A stretch of 64,000 nt of DNA. Origin: Macrostomum lignano (lineage: Eukaryota). Where the stretch lies: the NCBI GenBank assembly GCA_002269645.1, contig NIVC01000890.1:310001-374000 (forward strand), given 5' to 3'. The position numbers were made by a program, and so were the translations under genes. This document shows positions 57,031 to 64,000 of the stretch, piece by piece (within the stretch, counting starts at the first letter, position 1; each line of letters opens with the position of its first letter). Under the pieces are notes generated by a model. That model did not search any database. It was not told the DNA's origin and saw nothing but the letters and a program-made list of their open reading frames with translations.

Positions 57031-60000
57031 TTAATTAGTTTTAGGCTGTAAGAGGTTAAATGGGTTAAACAACTCCGCTATCCTCTGTACATAACTTTTC
57101 TGGTTTGGCCTGACAGTTAATCTATCTGGAGCATGACGCTCTCTAGCTGGCCTAGCTTTTAAATTAATCCCTAAATTATTATTGTTATTATTTAATTGTA
57201 CCGGCATAACTCCTTGTACACCTACCGAATTATTTTGATTATTATTTTGATGCTGCATTTGTTGATTTGGCACTGACTGCACATTATTTTGATTTTGCAC
57301 TGGCATAAACTGCTCATTATTTTGATGTTGCACTGGCATAAACTGCACTGCGTCTTCGTACTCGTCTTCACTTTCTGAGTCATTGTACACATTCGGCTGA
57401 CTATTGGCTAACTGTTCCCTATCGTATTGTTTCCTCTGCTCTTTTGGCTTAGTACTAGCTTCTTCCTCCTGATAATCTGCTTGCGGTACTTTCATTAAAT
57501 TGTCTCTATGCATGATAAGTTCTTCCTTTCTAGCCTTCTTATTTTTGGTAACTGGTCTAATCTTAAAGACTACTTCTGATAATTGTTCTACAATTTCATA
57601 AACTGCCCTTTGCTTTCTGTGAAATTTATTAGCCTCTGTGTTAGCAATTACTGGATTATTGATAAATACTAAGCTTCCTACAGGCAATATTTTCGGCTTA
57701 GGCTTATTAGAGTACTCCTGCTCACGGTTTTGCTGCACTAATTTTAATCTCTTTCTCGCTAGCTCTTGGCCTTCCTGCAGATTCTGCTGATGTTCCTGGA
57801 CATAAGATGGTAGGTCCTGAAACTGCTTCGGCTCGTTCAGCTCATTGTCACAGGGCATTCTAGCCTCTCGTCCAAAGACTAAATAGTGCGGACTAAATCC
57901 TGTGGCAGTGTGCGTGCTGGTTCTCAGAGCTGTTATGCAACCTGGCAACAGAACGTCCCAGTTGGAATGCTCCTTCTCCAGTAAGCAGGTGAGAATTGAT
58001 TTAATCTGCTTATTAAGGTTTTCTACTAAGCCATTGCTCTGCGGATGATAACTAGTTGTTCGAGTGTGTCTAATGCCATAGAGGTCTAAAAATTTCTTAA
58101 AGGCCCTACCAGTGAACTGTGTTCCCTGGTCTGTGTGAATCCATTGTGGAATCCCAAAATCAGCGAAAACGCGTTCTTGTAGAATTTTGATAACTGTTTT
58201 AGCCTTCTGATTCCTAATTGCGAATGCGAATGGAAATTTGCTAGTGCTGTCTATGACTGAAAGTACATATTTGTTTCCTGATTTGCTAGTTTGGCCAATA
58301 GGTCCTATTAGATCTATGTGCAATCTACCGAACGGTTCGACTACAGGATAGTTCTGAATTGGTGCCCTAATTCTTCTTCTAGTTTTGCTTTCTAGGCATG
58401 ATTTACATTTGGCTACGTAGCGTTCAACTGCTGTTGCTAATCCTGGCCTCCAAAATCGAATTTTAATTCTCTGATAAGTTTTATCTCGACCTAGGTGTCC
58501 CGCTAACGGTGAATCATGGAATTGGTGAAAGACTTCACTATCCAGAGACTTGGGCAACACTACCTTTGGATCAGTCTGCCCCATAGATAAGTCTACTTTG
58601 AGTACACCGTCCTCAATTCTGAGCAACTCATAGTAACCTAAGAGGTTCCTACAGTCGTGGGTTAACTCTAGTCGTTCTTGAAATGTCGGTTTAGGCGAGT
58701 CATTCTCAATTAAATTTCTAACAAAGCCTACCGCCGGATCGGCTAGCTGTGCTGCGATCAATTGGTCACGGCGAACTGGGCTACGGAGATAGTCACTGAG
58801 CAGGGCATTGCATGCAGGCGGATTTCCGGTTTTAGGCTCCTGTCCCTGTCTATTGTCTAGCCTACTGCTACTAAAGATCGGAGTATTGTGTCGGTTCGTG
58901 ACAGTGTCTTGTGACGAACAGCATGACGGAACTCCACTGCTCGAGCTACAGGTTTCAGCGAACGCGGAATTGCCTGAGCTGACAGTAAAAGCTGATGCTG
59001 GGTCTGTATTCACAGTTGCCCTACAGCTTAGCGACCTGGCATGTGGGGACATCTCTTCCGGGTGGGGATCAGGGATCCTGGATAGAGCGTCAGCATTCAC
59101 ATGTTTAGGGCCACTCCTATGTTCTATCTCAAAATCAAATTCGGAAAGTCTTTCGATCCAACGACCTAAAATGCCTGTCTGTTCGGTTTGGCGAAGCAAC
59201 CAGGTTAGGGCATTGTGATCAGTGCGCACCTTAAAATGTTTTCCTACGAGGTAAAATCTAAAATACTTCAGCGAGTCAACAATCGCTAGAAGCTCCTTCC
59301 TCGTAATCGGATATCTAGTTTCTGACTGCCTCATCTTCCGACTATAATACGCGATCGGTCTTTCTATGCCGTCGCTCTGAACTTGATTTAAGACCGCCCC
59401 AATTCTGACATCTGATGCATCAGTGTCTAACACAAAATAAACTTGGGGGTCTGTATTAAACTCTGGGTAAGCAAGCACTTCTTCGGAACACATCCGTTCC
59501 TTCAACGACTCGAAGCATTCATTATGGATCCTGGTCCATTTGTCCTGGATACAATTGATGTTCTTCTTGGTTAACTCACAGAGTGGTGCTGCTACCTCGG
59601 CGAAATCTCTAACGAATTTTCTATAGTAATTACAGAGTCCGAGAAAACTTCGAAGCTCTGTCACAGATTTAGGTTTCGGCCAGTTCCTAATTGATTCTAG
59701 TTTCGACGCATCTCTCTTAATTCCTGTTTTGCCTATGACGTGTCCTAAATATTGTAATTCTGATTTGAAAAGGTGACATTTCTTAGCCTTTAGTTTTATG
59801 TTAGCTTGTATTAGTCTCTTGAGCACTTCCTTCAGGTGTTCTAAATGGGCTTCAAAGTCTGCACTATAAACTATTACATCGTCTAAGTAAGCTATGGCGA
59901 ACTTCTGTGCAATGTCCTTAAGAACTAAGTTCATGCACCTTTGAAAAGTTCCTGGAGCTCCTTGCAGTCCCATTGGCAATACTTCGTACTCAAACGAGCC

Positions 60001-61563
60001 TCGATGTAAAGTTGGAAAGCTAGTCTTGCACTTATCTTCTTCCCTAAGAGCTATCTGATAATATCCCGAAAATAGATCTAACGTAGAAAATTGACTGGCT
60101 CCATGGAGACATGAGAATGTTTCATTGATATTAGTTATTGGATACGGAAAGTACTCCGATTTATTGTTTAGTGCTCGATAGTCGTTAACTAATCTCAGCG
60201 AACCGTCTTTCTTAGGTACTATGACTAATGGAGTCGAGTACTGCGAGTAACTAGGCCTAATTATGCCTCTAGCCAACATGAGATCCAACTGCTCATCTAC
60301 CTCCTTGATCCAATGAGGTGGAATCTTTCTAGCTGGTATCTGAACTGGGTTGTTGTCCTTCAAGATAATTTCATGTGTGACTAAATGCGTTCTGCCTAAG
60401 TCTAACTCGTGCTGCGAGAAAGCTGCTGAATGTTCCTTGACGACCTCGATCACCTTCTGTCTCTGTTCCTGAGTCAGTTCAGTTCCTATGTTGATTTCAC
60501 TAATCCAGTCTTTTGACTTCTCCTGCACCTGGCTGATCTTTTCTCTGTTTCCGCAAGACTGCGTGTTCTTATTCTGCTCTTCTTCTGGCTGTTCCTTCAG
60601 ATAGTTAAGCTCGCTAGCTAAGAGTGGCTTAGCCATCCCTACTAATGCTGATGCTGGTACTCTAGCTTCCTGTGAACTGGTGTTGATCACTTCTAAATAA
60701 GCTTCCCCTTGTCTTAGAGTTACTAAACTTGGCACTACAGTTACCTTCTCTGTTCTAGTCTTTAATACTGATCTGAGTGGCTCAACAACTGATGGCACTC
60801 CGAAATTAGTTTCACTACCTGCTGCTAATCTGACTTTGACTAATCCTGAACTATTGGCTGGAACTGTCGTCTTTTCTGCGACATAGATTCTCCTAACCTG
60901 AGGCTTAGCTCTGGTTGATCGAAGCGGAATTCTAGTTCCTTGTTTCATGGTCAGCATTCCTGCATCGAAGTCAATAGTAGTACAATAATTTTGGACAAAC
61001 GTCACACCTATTACATTGTCTACATCTGCGTCACATAAGAGAAATTCAACTTCTTCTTCAAAATCGCCAAATGTTGCCTTAATAACTACGAAACCCTTAA
61101 TTGGAATAGGCTCTTCCATAAAGGAAACGATTCTATTATCCCAATGCTTAATTAGATGCCTATTCTTGCCAGTGAAAAGATGCTTCCAGGTTTCGCGTCC
61201 TAAGATATTTCTATTACTGCCAGTGTCTAATAGATAAACTATTTCCTTATTTAAAATGCTGCCAGTGATGTACGGATCGTAACTTTGTTTTTTAGTTTGT
61301 TCAGTTAATTTTGGTTGTTTTAGCTGCTGCTTGCTAGAATAAGGTTGCTGTTGTGGTGCGTTTGAAAAGTGCTGAGAGTAAATGTTTGGCTGATTAAATG
61401 ATTGATTAAATGATTGCGCATGCGTACTGTTATACACTGAAGGATTCAATTCACTATTTACAGAAAAAGTATCGCTGCTATTTACAGGTTGTGAGGCTAC
61501 AGACTGTGAGGGATCTACTGCTGGAAAGCGTTGCCTCCGACGCTTCCGTCTACTCCGTTTCCC
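57031..61563 (-). CDS. pol: Gypsy pol (PR-RT-RNaseH-IN), entered by a -1 frameshift
   Basis: LLDTGS, YLDD, DTDAS, HDSPLAGH...CKSC, IDLIGP/TDQGTQF/GLVEN. The frame is open back to the slippery site at 61563-61557. Confidence 0.95.
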   Translation of the reverse strand, partial: GKRSRRKRRRQRFPAVDPSQSVASQPVNSSDTFSVNSELNPSVYNSTHAQSFNQSFNQPNIYSQHFSNAPQQQPYSSKQQLKQPKLTEQTKKQSYDPYITGSILNKEIVYLLDTGSNRNILGRETWKHLFTGKNRHLIKHWDNRIVSFMEEPIPIKGFVVIKATFGDFEEEVEFLLCDADVDNVIGVTFVQNYCTTIDFDAGMLTMKQGTRIPLRSTRAKPQVRRIYVAEKTTVPANSSGLVKVRLAAGSETNFGVPSVVEPLRSVLKTRTEKVTVVPSLVTLRQGEAYLEVINTSSQEARVPASALVGMAKPLLASELNYLKEQPEEEQNKNTQSCGNREKISQVQEKSKDWISEINIGTELTQEQRQKVIEVVKEHSAAFSQHELDLGRTHLVTHEIILKDNNPVQIPARKIPPHWIKEVDEQLDLMLARGIIRPSYSQYSTPLVIVPKKDGSLRLVNDYRALNNKSEYFPYPITNINETFSCLHGASQFSTLDLFSGYYQIALREEDKCKTSFPTLHRGSFEYEVLPMGLQGAPGTFQRCMNLVLKDIAQKFAIAYLDDVIVYSADFEAHLEHLKEVLKRLIQANIKLKAKKCHLFKSELQYLGHVIGKTGIKRDASKLESIRNWPKPKSVTELRSFLGLCNYYRKFVRDFAEVAAPLCELTKKNINCIQDKWTRIHNECFESLKERMCSEEVLAYPEFNTDPQVYFVLDTDASDVRIGAVLNQVQSDGIERPIAYYSRKMRQSETRYPITRKELLAIVDSLKYFRFYLVGKHFKVRTDHNALTWLLRQTEQTGILGRWIERLSEFDFEIEHRSGPKHVNADALSRIPDPHPEEMSPHARSLSCRATVNTDPASAFTVSSGNSAFAETCSSSSGVPSCCSSQDTVTNRHNTPIFSSSRLDNRQGQEPKTGNPPACNALLSDYLRSPVRRDQLIAAQLADPAVGFVRNLIENDSPKPTFQERLELTHDCRNLLGYYELLRIEDGVLKVDLSMGQTDPKVVLPKSLDSEVFHQFHDSPLAGHLGRDKTYQRIKIRFWRPGLATAVERYVAKCKSCLESKTRRRIRAPIQNYPVVEPFGRLHIDLIGPIGQTSKSGNKYVLSVIDSTSKFPFAFAIRNQKAKTVIKILQERVFADFGIPQWIHTDQGTQFTGRAFKKFLDLYGIRHTRTTSYHPQSNGLVENLNKQIKSILTCLLEKEHSNWDVLLPGCITALRTSTHTATGFSPHYLVFGREARMPCDNELNEPKQFQDLPSYVQEHQQNLQEGQELARKRLKLVQQNREQEYSNKPKPKILPVGSLVFINNPVIANTEANKFHRKQRAVYEIVEQLSEVVFKIRPVTKNKKARKEELIMHRDNLMKVPQADYQEEEASTKPKEQRKQYDREQLANSQPNVYNDSESEDEYEDAVQFMPVQHQNNEQFMPVQNQNNVQSVPNQQMQHQNNNQNNSVGVQGVMPVQLNNNNNNLGINLKARPARERHAPDRLTVRPNQKSYVQRIAELFNPFNLLQPKTN

Positions 61564-62543
61564 GAATTCTGCTGCTGAGGGTAATGCGGCTGCGGGTACT
61601 GCGGCTGCATCTGCTGCTGTGGGTATATCGGCTGCTGATACTGCGGCTGCTGATACTGCATCTGCTGCTGAGCCGGGTACCTAAGCTGGTTCTGCGGATG
61701 TGGCTGTCTACAATTCTTAGCTACGTGACCTAGCTTGCCACACCTGTTACACTTTATTGGGGGACGCCCTTGCTGATTCTGGCCTTGCTGCTGCTGACCT
61801 GACGGCTGCTGCTGCTTGACCTTTTGCTCAACGTTCTGGTGGTGTCGGAGTAACTCCTGAAGCACCTTCTGCTGGTTTTCTAGCGCCTCACCCTGCTTGC
61901 GGACTAATTCCTTCAAGCTATTCTCAGCTTCTTCTCCTCCAGTTGCCTTACACTGCTGCGGGTCTCTACCTCGGCGAGACATAGCGTACGCCATTTCGAT
62001 ACGTCGCAAGACTCGACGTGTCTCTTGAAGCGAGTTTACCTGAGCTAGTAGTAGCTTCTCTCTAGTCTCTGGGGCAACCCTAACACCTCTGATAAACTGT
62101 TCCACCACCTCTTCCTGTCTCTGCTCGTTAGTTAGATGGGGAAACGCCCTGCATGCTAGCTCTATCAGCTTTTCAGCGTAGTCATCAGTGCTTTCAGTCT
62201 TGCACTGGAACCTACTACGGAACTCTTCCCTAGCTTCTTGAGCACTACCTACGTGCGTGAATCGCTTGATTAGCCTATCCTTAAAGTCTGCGTATGCTAG
62301 ATTAGGATCTAAATTTAGCCTTGTCACGATAGCGAACGCTGACTGAACATCTAGGTTAGACAGTAGCTCATTCTTCCACTCAGCTGGGGGTATCTCATCT
62401 GCGATACACCTCTGCTCAAAAGCCTGAATCCACACGTCTATATCCTGATTAGGCGTGTACTTTTGGATCCTAATGTGTTTCCTAATGTCTAGCCTGTCTC
62501 TAATGCCTTCAGCCAGTGCTTCTACTATGTCATTAGCTTCCAT
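61515..62543 (-). CDS. gag: Gypsy gag with CCHC zinc knuckle
   Basis: Capsid-like helices, CNRCGKLGHVAKNC and a Q-rich tail. Confidence 0.93.
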   Translation of the reverse strand: MEANDIVEALAEGIRDRLDIRKHIRIQKYTPNQDIDVWIQAFEQRCIADEIPPAEWKNELLSNLDVQSAFAIVTRLNLDPNLAYADFKDRLIKRFTHVGSAQEAREEFRSRFQCKTESTDDYAEKLIELACRAFPHLTNEQRQEEVVEQFIRGVRVAPETREKLLLAQVNSLQETRRVLRRIEMAYAMSRRGRDPQQCKATGGEEAENSLKELVRKQGEALENQQKVLQELLRHHQNVEQKVKQQQPSGQQQQGQNQQGRPPIKCNRCGKLGHVAKNCRQPHPQNQLRYPAQQQMQYQQPQYQQPIYPQQQMQPQYPQPHYPQQQNSGNGVDGSVGGNAFQQ

Positions 62544-62988
62544 ATTATTTTAAATTTAGGTTGGATTCTAAAATTAACGCTTCTGGTTTAATAATTTTGG
62601 TCAGTAAATTGGCAAGACTCCAAATTTAGCTGCTAAATTGCCTAATGGTAAGACTTTATTTAATAAAATAGCAGTGACTCTACTTTTATTACTTCCGCCT
62701 TACTTCTGGTCTTAATTGAGACCTTACTAATCTTCTAGCGAAGAAACTAAGTTAGAATTCCTTTCAGGAGCGTTAATCCGTTCCTAATCCGTTAATCCGT
62801 TAATCTGAGATCAGACAATCTTTAGATCAACTGACTATGTACATTAATCTCTAATTTAGAACCTAATTAGTAATTTTTGTGTTAGTTTTAGTTCTAATTT
62901 CAGCACATAGGAGTTAATCCGTTAATCCCTTACTAATCCTAAGCTCCAGTCTAATGTATGCTCTTTCTCGGGTATTCTAATCCTCTAA

Positions 62989-62998
62989 GCTGCCACCA
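62989..62998 (-). other. Primer-binding site TGGTGGCAGC (complementary to a tRNA-Leu-type 3' end)
   Basis: 2 nt from the 5' LTR. The tRNA identity is from recalled tRNA-Leu(AAG/UAG) ends. Confidence 0.75.
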
Positions 62999-63000
62999 AT

Positions 63001-63553
63001 TGGACAAGTCGTGGTACCTGCGGTTTCGGCTACTGGTTTTCTTATTTGCTACTAAGGATTTTACTAGTGGATTACTGTCTGCTGTACTGATTTGAGATTT
63101 GGTAGAATCGCTGCCACCAGGTTTCCTGCTTTCCCTAATTCTAGTACTTTAGATTAAAGAAGTGAGTCAGGACACCAAAGATTATGGTTAACAGTTGGAA
63201 ATATTTAATAATAAGAGAATGCGTACAAAAGGTTATTTGTTTTACATTAATTCCCTAGTTTTATTCCCGTTGTGCGTTGGGCAAGACTCCCAATATTTAG
63301 AGGCAAGACTCCTCTGTGCAAGCCTATCTCTTATATTTCCCTTTCCTTACCACTTCTTCGTGAACTCTCTTAAGTTAAATAGGAGAAGACTTTCTTTCCC
63401 GAGAGCCCAACTGCTCTGTAGTTCTAAAGGAACCCCAATTTTATCCACTTACCCCCGCTCTAATTATTTCCCCGGGTTGAAACTACTGATAGTAGGGTAA
63501 AAGCATATTTAAACCTGCATTAATTCCCGTTCCTAAAATAATGCCCTACTACA
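63001..63553 (-). repeat. 5' LTR (553 bp)
   Basis: See the 3' LTR. TATA-like and AATAAA motifs are present on the minus strand. Confidence 0.95.
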
Positions 63554-64000
63554 AATGAAAGTGGTACTTGAGAAGCCACTAAGAGTTATGGTAAAAATGA
63601 TTATTTAGCTATTCTGACACATGTCAATTGCGACATTATTATATAAGCGCTAATATTATCCCTTGTAGAAAAAATTTATTCTGCAATGCAAATTAAACCT
63701 TGCTTTCCGGCTAATCCTTATAAACAAAAAAGTTTGTAATAAACAAAGGCAAACAATTACATCTTAAATACATCTTTTGTATGGTGTCTATTAATATGAT
63801 TTAAAGTTTTGATTTATAGAGATATTAAAGCATATTGGCCTGAATTGACCTAAAGCTAATTTCCATAGTGCTTTTTAATCTCAACCACAGATTTGCAATT
63901 AAAAAGCATTAAAGTTTTAAGCATAAAATTTGTAGTTGTAAAGTTTATAAATTAGAGAAACTTTAATTTAAATTTTTTTTAATTTAAAGAGCCTTACAAA

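Overview
Eukaryotic, intron-containing invertebrate DNA, not prokaryotic. GC-rich exons, minisatellite-filled introns and ATG-less first exons point to a free-living flatworm such as Macrostomum (inference). Left half (1-25 kb): four minus-strand housekeeping-type genes, namely a probable RhoGAP (ARHGAP19-like, running off the window edge), FAM20B (5 exons), RPL6 (2 coding exons) and MRPL45 (3 exons). Almost every larger intron carries a different minisatellite, and there are three copies of a tRNA-derived SINE. 25-31 kb is AT-rich and holds a Mutator-like MITE. Right half (31-64 kb) looks like an innate-immunity cluster. It has two paralogous two-gene modules, each a large ankyrin-like solenoid gene followed about 0.55 kb later by a Mab-21/cGAS-like receptor (cGLR) nucleotidyltransferase with intact catalytic acidic residues and a probable C-terminal membrane anchor. 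A divergent TRPV-like channel gene lies between the modules. There is also a decayed CsRn1-type Ty3/gypsy element and a very young, intact Ty3/gypsy element with a -1 frameshift signal, an unexplained third ORF and a nested 5'-truncated LINE. Most ORF-track entries over tandem repeats are artefacts. All family assignments come from motif recognition by eye; no database searches were run.
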